DNA of 64,000 nucleotides, taken from contig JAQGDQ010000034.1 in the NCBI GenBank assembly GCA_030141605.1, positions 248,001 to 312,000 on the forward strand, in the 5' to 3' direction. Positions 13,420 through 25,500 of the stretch are shown here, piece by piece. Numbering within the stretch: position 1 is the first letter of the stretch; every line of letters starts with the position of its first letter. The notes under the pieces were generated by a model. That model was given only the letters and a program-made list of their open reading frames with translations, did not search any database and was not told where the DNA came from. Both the position numbers and the translations under genes were made by a program. This DNA comes from Tubiluchus corallicola (lineage: Eukaryota > Animalia > Priapulida).

Positions 13420-15879
13420 ATGAGCATAAAGTTTGGCATTTTTGTGATGACAGTTACCCTAATTGCACACATTGATGCTGCCAGAATTTTAATGGACTTG
13501 GCTTACTATGAAACACTGCACACATCCTCCATACACCACAGAATCATAAAGCGAGAAACCAAAAGAAATGACAATATGATTAAAGAGATTGAATTTACAG
13601 CTTTAGGTAGAAAATTTAGGTTGACGCTAAAGCCCTCGCTTGGGCTACTTGCTGAGCATTTCAGAGCTGTAGCAGTTAATGGGTATGGGGTAGAAACTCT
13701 TGTTCAGATCAATCCAAACACGTTTTATTCAGGACAAGTTTTTGGAGAGAAGTCATCTTCGGTGGAGGCACATATTGATGACATAAGTCTTATGACTGCA
13801 ACAATTTCCACATCAAATGATTCTTACTATGTCGAACCCATGTGGAGACACGACCCATCAGCGAATAATGATACCATGATTGTGTATAGAGAATCAGATA
13901 TCATTAGCAATTACAGCACATCTAATAAAACAATGCATGATTTTTGTGGAAGCATAAAGCCACCAATTCATAGCCATTTTTTAAATAGCAGTGGTGGTAA
14001 CAAGCGTAAAAAAATTTTTGAACATCGTACAAAAAGATATATTTTGATGCCTGATACAAATCGCTGTGGTCTTCTCTTAGTGGCTGATTATACGTTTTTT
14101 GCTGAAATGGGCAATAACAGTGTGCACACCACAGCTAACTATTTGCTGAATGCTATTCAGGTTGCAAATCGGATATTTCAACATACTGTTTGGCTAGGTG
14201 GTTACACCAATATGTCTTTCACTATTCGCGAGTTACGTATTCACACACAGCCAGAGAAAAACATTAGTAACCATAAAAAACACTACCTTTACAACATGGC
14301 ACGTCATTGGAATATCACGTTTTTGTTGCACCATTTCAGCTTGGCTAACTATGCCAATTATTGTCTTGCACATCTTTTCACACATCAGCCATTTCATTTA
14401 AACATTCAGGGCACGAATGAGACTGGTGGAGTGTTAGGACTGGCTTATATGGCTACTCCTGACTTTTGGATACTTGGTGGCATATGTGCCGATGTGGTCA
14501 TAATAGATGGTAGGTACTTTTCCACAAACACAGGGCTGTCAACTACCATGAGTGTTAGTGGAAATAAAATCACAACAAGGCAAGCCCACCTTGTGACGAC
14601 TCATGAACTTGGACACAATTGGGGCAGTGAACATGATCCATATACAGACGAGTGTAGTCCTCAAGGACCTTTTGGGTCGTATGTGATGCAAGCATACGCA
14701 GTCAGTGGATATTACAGAAACAATCATTTGTTTTCTCCTTGTAGTAAAAGATCAGTGGGAAGAGTACTTCAAATGAAAGCTTCTTCGTGTTTTATTGAAT
14801 CAATTGGAGCAACTTGCGGGAACTTTCTTGTAGAGAAAGGTGAGGAGTGTGATCCTGGTTTTAGTAACGTTGACGATCCATGTTGCAGTAACGACTGCAC
14901 GTTAAAATCCCATGCTGAGTGTAGTGACAAAAACTCCTTATGTTGTGCGAGTTGCTCCATAGCACCACTTGGGAAGGTTTGTAGAAGAGCTAGCCACTTG
15001 GACGCCATTTGTGAAGAGGACTCCACTTGCAATGGAAAACACGCAGATTGTCCAAAACCTGATATTGTACAAAATGGTACTAGCTGCTTGGATGATGGTG
15101 AATGTTGGGGTGGAGTCTGTTTGTCTTTCTGTGAAATTCCTAGTATTGGTAAAAAACCCTGCATTTGTGACGGTGATAATGGATGCAAGCGGTGCTGTCG
15201 TGATAATGAATTTGCAAAGTGTCAATTACATGTAAATGCAATAAGTGTAGTTGGTATACAAGTGAGACCTGGACAACCGTGTAAAAATGGTATATGTGAT
15301 GCACAAGGTGTTTGTCAGCCAACGTACCCTGATCCAATTCAAAGGCTTTGGAATATCATCCAGAAGCTGGGTATAAATGCCATTGTGAAATTTTTTCGTT
15401 CCAACATGGTTTTAGCTGTAATTATCTTCTCTATGATAGTGTATATTCCTGCAAGCTGCTTAGTAAATCGTCAGGACAACAAGCGTAGACTACACCTTCT
15501 GGATTATGGGGTGGAAGAAGAAATTCAAGAAAGACAGATGAGTCTTTCTCTTAGTCCGCACATTTTTCCCACAGTTGGTGACAGAATAGGTCGCATACGA
15601 CATTTTGGCAGCCGGACCATCCGTTCAGTACAGAACAGGTTAAGGCGTTTATCAGGATCGAGAAGAGAACTGGATGTGGAAATGTCGCAAACTGAAACTG
15701 CTTCTATCCAATCTGCTGCTAGTATGTTTACCCGTAGCATCATCTGCAGAGCAAAGTCCAGGTTACAACGTCTTTCAATGGCATATTCGGAAGGTGAAAA
15801 GACGCTAGACATGATAAGTGCGAGAGCAAGTACTTCTTCCTCATCATCGTATGATACCATCAATACATTTAATCCTTGA
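13420..15879 (+). CDS. ADAM17: ADAM17/TACE-like disintegrin and metalloproteinase, copy 1 (819 aa, single coding exon)
   Basis: Signal peptide, prodomain with cysteine-switch-like FCG, furin site RTKR, Zn motif HELGHNWGSEHD plus Met-turn, disintegrin (CGNFLVEKGEECDPG), membrane-proximal CKRCCR (ADAM17 CKVCCR), CANDIS-like IQRLWNIIQKLGINAIVKFFRSN, TM helix, Ser/Arg-rich tail. Confidence 0.93.
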   Translation: MSIKFGIFVMTVTLIAHIDAARILMDLAYYETLHTSSIHHRIIKRETKRNDNMIKEIEFTALGRKFRLTLKPSLGLLAEHFRAVAVNGYGVETLVQINPNTFYSGQVFGEKSSSVEAHIDDISLMTATISTSNDSYYVEPMWRHDPSANNDTMIVYRESDIISNYSTSNKTMHDFCGSIKPPIHSHFLNSSGGNKRKKIFEHRTKRYILMPDTNRCGLLLVADYTFFAEMGNNSVHTTANYLLNAIQVANRIFQHTVWLGGYTNMSFTIRELRIHTQPEKNISNHKKHYLYNMARHWNITFLLHHFSLANYANYCLAHLFTHQPFHLNIQGTNETGGVLGLAYMATPDFWILGGICADVVIIDGRYFSTNTGLSTTMSVSGNKITTRQAHLVTTHELGHNWGSEHDPYTDECSPQGPFGSYVMQAYAVSGYYRNNHLFSPCSKRSVGRVLQMKASSCFIESIGATCGNFLVEKGEECDPGFSNVDDPCCSNDCTLKSHAECSDKNSLCCASCSIAPLGKVCRRASHLDAICEEDSTCNGKHADCPKPDIVQNGTSCLDDGECWGGVCLSFCEIPSIGKKPCICDGDNGCKRCCRDNEFAKCQLHVNAISVVGIQVRPGQPCKNGICDAQGVCQPTYPDPIQRLWNIIQKLGINAIVKFFRSNMVLAVIIFSMIVYIPASCLVNRQDNKRRLHLLDYGVEEEIQERQMSLSLSPHIFPTVGDRIGRIRHFGSRTIRSVQNRLRRLSGSRRELDVEMSQTETASIQSAASMFTRSIICRAKSRLQRLSMAYSEGEKTLDMISARASTSSSSSYDTINTFNP

Positions 15880-15959
15880 CATTAGCTGTGGTCTCATCAA
15901 ATACTTTGAAAATGGTGCTATGACACTTACACTATGCTTTTTACATTTCTATAGGTCAT

Positions 15960-16150
15960 GTTACTCATACAGATACCACCACATCTTTCTCCTTCTTTCT
16001 ATTCTCTATTAACCTTTCGTTCTTCTCCTTTACTGCTCTTTTTTATTACACTCAGTCCACATTAATTTGGGGTACTCTAAACAAGTAATTACTTCTTGAG
16101 TACCCCACGGGTCATTTGCGGCTTGGCATCTTGTGCACATAATAATAAAT
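15960..16150 (+). mobile_element. Probable 3' tail of a CR1/L2-group LINE
   Basis: Pyrimidine-rich tract, hairpin ggggtactc...gagtacccc (16069-16105), then aataaa. Confidence 0.35.
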
Positions 16151-18375
16151 ATATTATTAAATACTTTTATATTCAATGCTGTAATGATCATTGTGGATAT
16201 ATTTAACAAATAAATAAATAAATGACCACACCAGATACAATGTTACAACCACTGAATGCTGAAATTTGGAAAAAACAGCAAGTATCAAAAGAAATTCAAT
16301 TAAAGCAGTTTAGTTCCTGTATCTAGAAATTCTCTGTTTGTTTAAGATGCCAGTTCAAGTATGAAAAAGTGATTTCTTTTCTTAGTCTCTCAGAGCATAG
16401 GCTTTGAAGGTCATGAATTATATTTTGAGAAATGGTATTGTGAGAAATGTGACTTTATTGTGGTTTGGCTGTGAATTTACCACAGCAACTTCTTAAAGAG
16501 AGGAGTCACATTAAGATGTCTGCATTCAGATACATGTACTTTGCATAAAATTAGGCTTTTTGGCATTGCCGACCAGGTCTGTTCAATCGAATAAAATACC
16601 AGATCTGAAAAAGTTTAATCAATTTTGACTTATGGTATCAGTACTTTCGCGAATTAGCTACCAACTAACGATATCAGTAATTAACTATGCCTGTGACTGC
16701 CAGAATATTCTGGTAATTACAGTCATAATTAATTAAATTTTGAGCTTTTAGAATAAATGTATGAGATTTATCATCGACACATTTTTACTCAAAACGAATC
16801 CATTTTTGGTAACAGATTTAGCTGCTTATTTTGCTTTCCACATTCTAACGAGAAGAATACATATTCTCAACTGTGAGAATAAATTCAAAATGCCAACAAC
16901 ACATACTTACAGTTTTCATTATCGTCATCGTCATCATCATCATCTCGTCAACATCGATTGACGAGATGATGATATTATAACCACGATTTAGAAAGAAGAT
17001 TTTTTTTAAAACATACACACCTTCCTCATATGGTGATACATATACTATATGATCTTTAAATGACAATCTTGACTTGTGCCATTATTCATTTTTCTGTTAT
17101 GATAAAGGCAGCAGCACCACAGACCAGTAACTTAATATATAGCAATTTTTCATGTATGTACTCCTGTTTTTGGATGCATTTATTTCATTTGTTAGATATT
17201 TTGTTGACAGATTTAGACAAGTTAAGTTGGTGATTGTCAAAAGTGTTTTATGATACAGTGGTATGCAGTATTGTTAAATTTGACAATAAAACTGTTAGCA
17301 AGTTGCAATTTTTTCTGTTTAAACTTTGAATATGGATGTCTGCACTCTGCATATTATCACCAATATCATAAATTTCAGATATACAACAAATAAGACATAT
17401 TGGTAAATTTATAGTTTAGTGTATTGTCCATGTCTTATCTTATGACTGTGTTTTTGAGATTAGTAAAATATTGACTGTGCATAATGCACTGCTAAGCGCC
17501 TTGAAACCAGAGCCCTCTGCCGAAAGAGACTAGTTTCTTTAAAAAGATCCGTGGGATGGTCCTTACAAATGAACATTGCGATCTGTCTATCCTAACATGT
17601 ATCGATCGGCACTGTTCTGGAATCCTTTGCGAACAGTTTAATCACAGAACCTAATGCTATTAGAGAAAGTACAGATGGGAAATTAGAGTTAAAACTTCTG
17701 CGTATTTTATGATGTTGGATCTTTTTTCATGCTTTACTGTCTGTGATTTTGAGGATGATGTGTGCACTGTTCCATAGTAACCTATTCATGCTACAATATA
17801 CTCTTCTGATGATGTAGGGCTTGAAATTACTACTCTTGTTACTTTGTCAATTCTTCCAGGGGAAAAGGTACCAGAAACTGTTCCAGGTTTCAACTTTAAG
17901 TGCTGACCATTTTATCTGGAAGAAATGCAATGAGACTCATTCTATGAATCTATGACCTTTATATCACTGTTCGGCAATGCCAGCTTTAATGAGTGGTTGG
18001 AGTAACTTTCTTGAAAGCTATTTCTTTGGTAAAGTTATGCTGCGTCGGTCAAATTTTGCATCAACTCAAGTTTGTCTGGTTTTGTTAACACCACCTTTCT
18101 CTTGGTAGCTGAAATTATAACTGTTGCTAATACACTATGGTGAAGACCAGTTAAAGTGATAAGTACTTCTTACCAGCTGTCTAGGTAAAAGTTAACTCAA
18201 TTTTGCTGAATCGTGTCCGATCTGTTCTTTTATTTGCAGACTGATCAATTCCTAATTATTTTTTGTACTTTTTACAGATGTGCAGGTAAAATCTTCGCAA
18301 AAGCTGTTGTTATTTTTTAACCCGGCCATTAAACAAACAGTAAAGTGACTGTTATTACCGCACCTTGGTAGTAAT

Positions 18376-20727
18376 ATGAGTACATTTCTCACTTTCTTGG
18401 TGCTAGTTATAGTGTTTGGTCACACAGAAGTCGCCGGAATTTTATCAGATTTATCTTACTATGAAACATTGCACACGTCATCCGTACACCACAACATAGT
18501 AAAGCGTGAAGCAGAAAACAGTAGTACCTTAAAAGATGTTGAATTTTCCGCTTTCGGTAGACATTTCAGGCTGATCTTAGTGCCTACAGTTGGACTACTT
18601 GCAAAAGATTTCAAGGCAGTTGCCGTTGATCAGAATGGTGCGGAAACTATTATACAAGTTAATCCCCAAGCATTTTATTCCGGAAAGGCTTTTGATGATA
18701 AAGTATCTTCAGTGGAAGCGCACATCGATGACATGAACATTTTAACTGCCGTAATTTCTACATCAAACGATTCCTTCTATATTGAGCCGATGTGGAGACA
18801 CGATCTGACAGCCGAAAAGGGTACCATGATTGTATATAGAGAATCAGACATTGGTGATGAATACCCTATAAACAGGAAAATGGTGAGCAGTTTTTGTGCA
18901 AATTTCGGAAAGACACTCCATAGCAAGTTTGTGAAACGTAATGACACGAACACAAGCAAAGTATTTTCTGAAGACCGTACAAAGAGAAGTGCTCAAGCTG
19001 GCAGAAGAAGTTTTTGTAGCCTTTTGCTTGTGGCCGATCACACGTTCTATAGTGGAATGGGTAATAGCAGTGTCTTCACTACTGCTAATTACATGTTGAA
19101 CGTTGTTCAGTTTGTCAGTAAAATATTTCAAAACACAGTTTGGCTGGGTGGTTTTACTAATATGTCTTTTAGTGTTCAGAAAGTACTGATTCATACTCAG
19201 CCAGAAGACTCTAGCAGCAATACCAAATATGTTTACAATGTTCCACGTGCTTGGAATGTTGTAGATTTGCTACGTAATTTCACTACACTTAATTACAATA
19301 ACTATTGCCTCGCCCACCTCTTTACCCACCAGCCCTTTTCAATGCTTCTTAAAAATGCTACTCGTGGAATTTTTGGGATAGCTCACATTGCCGCTCCTAG
19401 TCACAGCACTGCTGGTGGCATATGTGCACAATGGGGAAACACTGCACTAACAACCTCTTTGGGTAGCACTGGATACAAGGTGCTGACAAGACAAGCTCAG
19501 CTTGTGACTGCTCATGAGCTAGGACATAATTGGGGTGGCAATCATGATCCAGACTTTGAGGAGTGTACGCCTCAAGGGCCTTTTGGATTATATTTAATGC
19601 ACGCATATTCAGTTAGTGGATACTACAGGAATAACTATTTATTTTCTCCGTGTAGCAAAAGATCAATTGGTAAAGTACTTATGGCGAAAGCTTCATCGTG
19701 TTTCCTTTACTCTGTTGAAGCGACTTGTGGTAACTTTCTCGTAGAACAAGGCGAGGAATGTGATCCAGGGTTTAGCGACGTTGAGGATCCTTGCTGTAAC
19801 AATGACTGCACGTTAAAATCCCATGCTGCGTGTAGTGACAAAAACTCCTTGTGTTGTGCAAACTGCTCCATAGCACCATTTGGGATGGTTTGTAGAAGAG
19901 CTAGTCACTTGGACGCCATTTGTGAAGAGGACTCCACTTGCAATGGAAGAGATGCAGATTGTCCGAAGCCGGACGTTGTAAGAAATGGTTCCAGCTGCTT
20001 GGACGATGGGCAATGCTGGGGTGGTGTGTGCTTGCCTTTCTGTGAAATTCCTAGAATCGGTAAAAAATCTTGTATTTGTGATGGTGATAATGGATGCAAG
20101 AGATGCTGTCGTGATAATGAATTTGCAAAGTGTGAATTATACGTTGATGCCACAAATGTGACAGGGCTACTTCTGAAACCTGGTCAACCATGCAAAAATG
20201 GTATATGTGATGCACAGGGTGTGTGTAGATTATCCTCACCAGGTCTCATCCAAAGACTTTGGAGCTTAATCAGTAAACTGGGCATAAATGCTGTCATTAG
20301 ATTTTTTCGTTCGAATGTCGTTTTGGCAGTAGTTATTTTTTCACTGTTCGTGTGGATCCCAGCGGGCTGTTACGTAAACTATTTGGACAAAAAGTTTCAA
20401 GAAGAAGTAGCCAAAGAAGAGAGATGGAGGCGTGTGGACAGCCTGAGCCTGATTCGATCTGACGTTTCGGTTCAGATACAACATTTTGGCTACAGAATCA
20501 TTCAGTCGGTGCAAAACAGGTTGCGGTGTTTATCAGAAATGAATTTTCAAAGTGACACAAGTGAAAAAACTAGTTCATTTGTGAGTGAAAAAACCGTGTC
20601 TTTTAAATTTGATGTCGGTACTCTTGGGAGCAGGTCGTTCGATTCAGTGCTTACTAAACCGCGACTTTCGTCAACTGCGGAATCAAAAGACATGGTAACA
20701 CGGGAAAGCAAATGCAACCTTGTTTGA
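18376..20727 (+). CDS. ADAM17: ADAM17/TACE-like disintegrin and metalloproteinase, copy 2 (783 aa, single coding exon)
   Basis: Same architecture as copy 1: RTKR furin site, HELGHNWGGNHD, disintegrin, CKRCCR, CANDIS-like helix, TM; clear paralogue of 13420-15879. Confidence 0.93.
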   Translation: MSTFLTFLVLVIVFGHTEVAGILSDLSYYETLHTSSVHHNIVKREAENSSTLKDVEFSAFGRHFRLILVPTVGLLAKDFKAVAVDQNGAETIIQVNPQAFYSGKAFDDKVSSVEAHIDDMNILTAVISTSNDSFYIEPMWRHDLTAEKGTMIVYRESDIGDEYPINRKMVSSFCANFGKTLHSKFVKRNDTNTSKVFSEDRTKRSAQAGRRSFCSLLLVADHTFYSGMGNSSVFTTANYMLNVVQFVSKIFQNTVWLGGFTNMSFSVQKVLIHTQPEDSSSNTKYVYNVPRAWNVVDLLRNFTTLNYNNYCLAHLFTHQPFSMLLKNATRGIFGIAHIAAPSHSTAGGICAQWGNTALTTSLGSTGYKVLTRQAQLVTAHELGHNWGGNHDPDFEECTPQGPFGLYLMHAYSVSGYYRNNYLFSPCSKRSIGKVLMAKASSCFLYSVEATCGNFLVEQGEECDPGFSDVEDPCCNNDCTLKSHAACSDKNSLCCANCSIAPFGMVCRRASHLDAICEEDSTCNGRDADCPKPDVVRNGSSCLDDGQCWGGVCLPFCEIPRIGKKSCICDGDNGCKRCCRDNEFAKCELYVDATNVTGLLLKPGQPCKNGICDAQGVCRLSSPGLIQRLWSLISKLGINAVIRFFRSNVVLAVVIFSLFVWIPAGCYVNYLDKKFQEEVAKEERWRRVDSLSLIRSDVSVQIQHFGYRIIQSVQNRLRCLSEMNFQSDTSEKTSSFVSEKTVSFKFDVGTLGSRSFDSVLTKPRLSSTAESKDMVTRESKCNLV

Positions 20728-20889
20728 CGTTACCTTTGATGCCAAAAGTATTATGTAAGAAAGTGTTGATATGCGTCCGTGAGACACCAGAGGTCTGCTC
20801 CAGGGAAAAGGGTTGCTCACAGCAAAACGCAAAAATGTCACCCTAGGAAGTTTTTGTCTTTCGCTGTGGCAAATTTGGACTGAAAACGA

Positions 20890-20961
20890 CTAATAATAAT
20901 AAAAAAATAATAATAACAACAACAACAATAATAATAATAATAATAACAATAATGTTATGTG

Positions 20962-20996
<35 letters not shown>

Positions 20997-21480
20997 AATA
21001 AAATAATAATAATAATAATTTTATTACCTAAAATTCATATAAAAATGCTCTTTGGTGTAGAATCATTTAAATTTCATAAAAATCTACGAATCATATTTTA
21101 AAGAGTACATTTACGTAAACGCTTAAAAGACAAACTTCACTACCGTACCACGTTATAATTATACCGACACAGATTAAAATAAGAAAAAGTCAAAAAGTTT
21201 CTAAAAATAAAAATGTTTTAATTTGACGTTTAAAGACAGCAGTACTTCGGACGAGATTTTGATTTCATCTGAAAGCGCATTCCATAAATGAGGGCAGCAC
21301 TGAAAAGACATCCATCTCCAGCTGAAACAATACTAGTTCTAGGTTGTAGTTGTACTTTAGTAAAGTAGTATCACTGATCCACGAAACTGCATTTTTAATT
21401 CTTAATTACAAATTCAAACATAGTCTGAGGTCTTGAAAGTATCTCACAGAGATGTGATTAGGACAGACGACCCTAAGATA
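20890..21480 (-). mobile_element. L2/CR1-group LINE 3' end with (TTA)n-type simple-repeat tail
   Basis: Minus strand reads ...cagctggagatggatgtcttttcagtgctgccctcatttatggaatgcgctttcagatgaaatc...tttaaacgtcaaattaaaacatttttattt, resembling the GDRAFSVAAP-LWN-LP...FK-LKTFLF end of L2 ORF2; (taa/caa)n tract at 20890-21020 lies at its 3' end. Confidence 0.6.
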
Positions 21481-21599
21481 GCTGCGGTAAGTTCGTTTTA
21501 CGTTATATCTGTGAACCAAAATGTATTCTGTATGTTCTATGATCAGTATTTGGCTTAATTTAGTTTCAAAGATCTAATTTATTAGAGTAATAAAATTAT

Positions 21600-21646
21600 G
21601 TTTTGTTGTTGCTGCTGCTACTGTTGTTGTTGTCATCGTTGTTGTT

Positions 21647-21677
<31 letters not shown>

Positions 21678-21815
21678 TCGTTGTTGTTGTTGCTGCTGCT
21701 ACTGTTGTAGTTGTCATCGTTGTTGTTTGTTGTTGCTGCTACTGTTGTTGTTGTTGTCGTTGTTGTTGTTACTGCTGCTGCTGTTGTTGTTGTTGTTGTT
21801 GATGTTGTTATTGCT
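21600..21815. repeat. (TGT/TGC)n trinucleotide microsatellite
   Basis: Directly visible; gives the spurious poly-Cys/poly-Leu ORF. Confidence 0.95.
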
Positions 21816-22450
21816 CACTTCCCAGAAAAATGATTTAACTGCAGTAAAATTTAACCACAGTAAAAAAACGAAAAGTTTTTAACTTTTAATTTGCAAAAAT
21901 TAATATAATTGCGCAAAATTTTTGGCAGTACACGAAATGTTTTTGCACATTTTTATGTGTTTTGTATCCTGGTGTGTTTTATTCATATAGTTTTTCACTT
22001 TTGCTCACTCGACGAAAGTTACGTATGTTAGAAGAATTTAAAGGAATAGATGCGCTATTAAAAGAACACAACTGAACAAAGTGACTTGGCTGTACAGAAA
22101 GAAGTTTTGGCTTTAAAACTAGCAGGGAACAGGTTAAAATAATTTCTGTTACGCGGACGTGACCGGAAGGCGGTTCCTTCTAGGGGAATAGAGGATAGGG
22201 ACTAGAGAACAAAGTTCATGAGTAATACGTGATATTGGCAATATTTAAAAAATTATTTAAAAAAAATTTAAAAAAAAACAATAGAATCCAGTACAGTTTT
22301 GTGCAAGTTAAACTTCAGCAGCACAAAATCAACACACATCTATTATGAGGTAAAAGAGGATGCATGCTTTCTGGTCTTATTTGTGAACAATCGGATTAAG
22401 CCTGGAGTCATTCTACAAAACTCTGACAATGATTTGCAGCCGTTCAGTAC

Positions 22451-22457
22451 TATAAAT
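22451..22457 (+). promoter_or_regulatory. Candidate TATA box of the CASPR-like gene
   Basis: TATAAAT 100 bp upstream of ATG 22551. Confidence 0.4.
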
Positions 22458-22550
22458 GCACTCAGAACGGTCAAATTTAGCACAGAACTTTTCCTTTCAA
22501 GGTTCCACTGTAGAGCAGACCTGTAGGCTATAGAATTTATTGTGGCAAAG

Positions 22551-25500
22551 ATGGATCTTCCAGTTTTGCAGCTTTTGTTTGTTGTGAATGTCGCGTGTAC
22601 ACTGGCCGTGCTATATCCAAACCCATTGCCCACTATTTGCGATCCCGAATACACCAGAGACTTTCAGAATATGATGGTGAAAATCAATGAGAAATTGGAC
22701 GACCTAATCTATGGATTAAACCTTCCTAAACAGCGAAAAGGTGAGTTGAAAACAGAATGGCCTTGAGACACATTGTGGCAGTTCTGTCTACACTTGTAGC
22801 TAGATGCGTGATGCATTTACAAGGTACATATTGCTATACAGGTGTGAGGGATTCAGGGCGGCATCAGATTATCTAGAACTACAGCTGTTTAAGTAATGCT
22901 GCTTAATTAAAAGGGAGTGACATGATCAGAATCTTGGTCGTTAGCAAAGTTGCTTGAAAGACGCAGCTAGACTTCAAAAAGAAGCATACACGTGCCAAGG
23001 GTTTTTTACGTGTGTTAGTCGTAGTGCTTCTATAATTTTCAGGACGGCTGACCACACCCTTTAGAAACTGTCAGGACATAAAAAATGCCGGCTACACAGA
23101 TGACGGATTCTACTACATTGACCCCAGTGGGAGTTGCTGCTACGGTACAGATAAACCGATACAAGTACATTGCAATCTCAACCAAATATTGGACAAAGGT
23201 AGACTAATTATTATTAGTAACTAAACTAACTAGTCCGGAATGCGAAGTCCGGAATTCAACTAGGGAAAATTCCGCGTGACGTAACAGTTTGCGTATGAAC
23301 TTACACGACTGTATGAATTTACATTTTTGCTAACAGCTGGCGCTATGTGCGTCGAGTATGAGGGTACATGCGGAGCAGTAACTAAGGGTGAACAATGAGT
23401 TAGTCAGTTTGTCTAAATATCTATCAATTATTCACACGCGTAGTTGCGTCCGAAATTGTAGCAAGAATGCCACTAAATGTGCCTACATCGCGCGACATTT
23501 AAATCTGTGTTCTGCACGGGCCTTTAGAGTTCTAAGATACCAATCTGGAACGCAGTGCGTTTGCTTCTTCTTTTTCCGCATACTAAATCGTTAATATTGG
23601 GAAAAAACGTGCAAGCGCTGTGCTCTTTGAGAAAAACGTACCAATTATATTTATCTACAACAACAAGAGTTCTGCGTTCAGAAACAGAACTTATGTTCAG
23701 GTTATGATTTGACTAAAAATGGTCAAAATTTCAGTAATCTTCCAGTCGCATTGTGAAGTGAAGTAGTATTTTTGTCGCCTGCAAAAAGTACACCAGCTTC
23801 GGAAAAAACTAGAAACCTCAAAATTTAATTAACATTTACTTGCAACAATAAAAAATCATCAAAAGAGATACTTGGAGCAAATTAAAGTTAGCAAATAAAA
23901 AAACATAACGTGAATTGCTTGAAAACTCACATTTTGATGTTTTTATTGTTATTTTATTATTCAAGTATATCTATAATATGTGTGTAAGAATATATAAACA
24001 GTTCTAGAAAAGTTTCAGATCTACTTTTGACATAGTTTCAACTTCCATAATTGGAATTTCATTGTTCTAAGTGGAGTAGCTTTGCTAGCTTTATTGTACA
24101 TCAGATATGACAGAGTCTGGTAAGCTTTGGTAGTGTTTATGGTGTGTTTTAAATTATGATGTTTGTCTGAATTGTCTTTACCATTCAGTGCAAATTTATA
24201 TAAAGACATTTATTGTATTTAACCTATTTTTAGTATATAATTAGTTATTAATTATGAATGCATTTGTAGATGACTCAGTGGATCGAAACGTCACGTAATT
24301 GACTAAAATAATTTTGATTTTCCTTGGCGTGGATGTCATGGTTACTTCAATGTTTAAGTATAAGTGCGGACTTTAGGGTTGAATGCAAACAAATCCGTAA
24401 ATCTATCATTCATTCCGTCAGGAATGAAAAATCTGCATGATAACAAACAATTTGCGATTGTTGTCACATTTTTAGCTTGACAGAGACAGTATAAACAAAA
24501 ACTGCCTTTCATTTCAGGCATAACTGAAATCTATCACGACTCCATGAAAGATTTTACGGTAACAGGCGTGGAGGGCCCCGGAGCTTATGTCAGAAACATC
24601 ACCTATGATCTCAACATGGAGGACATCCGCTTAATCATTTCAACCGCAACTAAATGCCAGCAATATTTTCGAGTGAGGTTACTTTCACTTTAAACTGCAT
24701 AAAATATTTGTTAGATTGCTGGAAAAACTATAAAATTTTGCCAACCTGTAACCCATCTTAATTTCCTATAGGTCACTGGAAAAGCGATAAAATTTTGGGC
24801 ACCTGTAACCCATCTTAAATAATTCTAGATATAAAATAAGTTACTTAAATATTATGTACACATGCCACTTACTAACAATTTTATCACATAGTATTATGAG
24901 TGAGGGGTGGGTGCTCGGTGACCGTAGGGTTTTTTGTCTACCCCGTCTGTTTCGTTAACTACTACTTTGTCACTAATACTTTGCTGCATACTGTTTTTGT
25001 ATGAGACAAATCAAAAATTCAATCAGTTCACCATAGAATATTCACTTCAGCTTAAGGCCTTGTTCGAAACAATGATGTCGTTTGTATGCCCACTCCAAAT
25101 TAAAATAATGCATAATTACGATTGTTACTTTTTTATAATGTTTCACTCCAGTGGCTACCAGACGGCGCGGCTGCCAAGTTTGCATACTCGCAACTGTGTT
25201 TATCGTTCTAACGCCCTTTCCCAAAAATATGATTAGAAAAAGCTTTGAAGAAAGATTAAGAGTAAAGTGACTTTTGAATGGACTCCTTATTTTTAATCAA
25301 ATGAATCGCCCAGCATTGTTTACATGCTTGCTGTATTAAAAGTCAATCCAGTGATGTCTGTCCTTTCAAACAAAAAAAACATTTATTCTTTCGAGTGATT
25401 TTTGCTGGTCGGAGTAACCCAATGTGAGAATGTTCTCCTGACAATTTATTGAAAAATTGATGAATGTTGGTTTTGAAATGCGTTTCCTTTTCTGTTTCAA

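Noticed and set aside
21598-21882. Poly-Cys metallothionein-like ORF
   Set aside because: Pure (TGT/TGC)n microsatellite.
24265-24295. Penelope-type hammerhead ribozyme (gatgactc...cgaaacgtc)
   Set aside because: CUGANGA core missing and stem II imperfect; at most a decayed relic.
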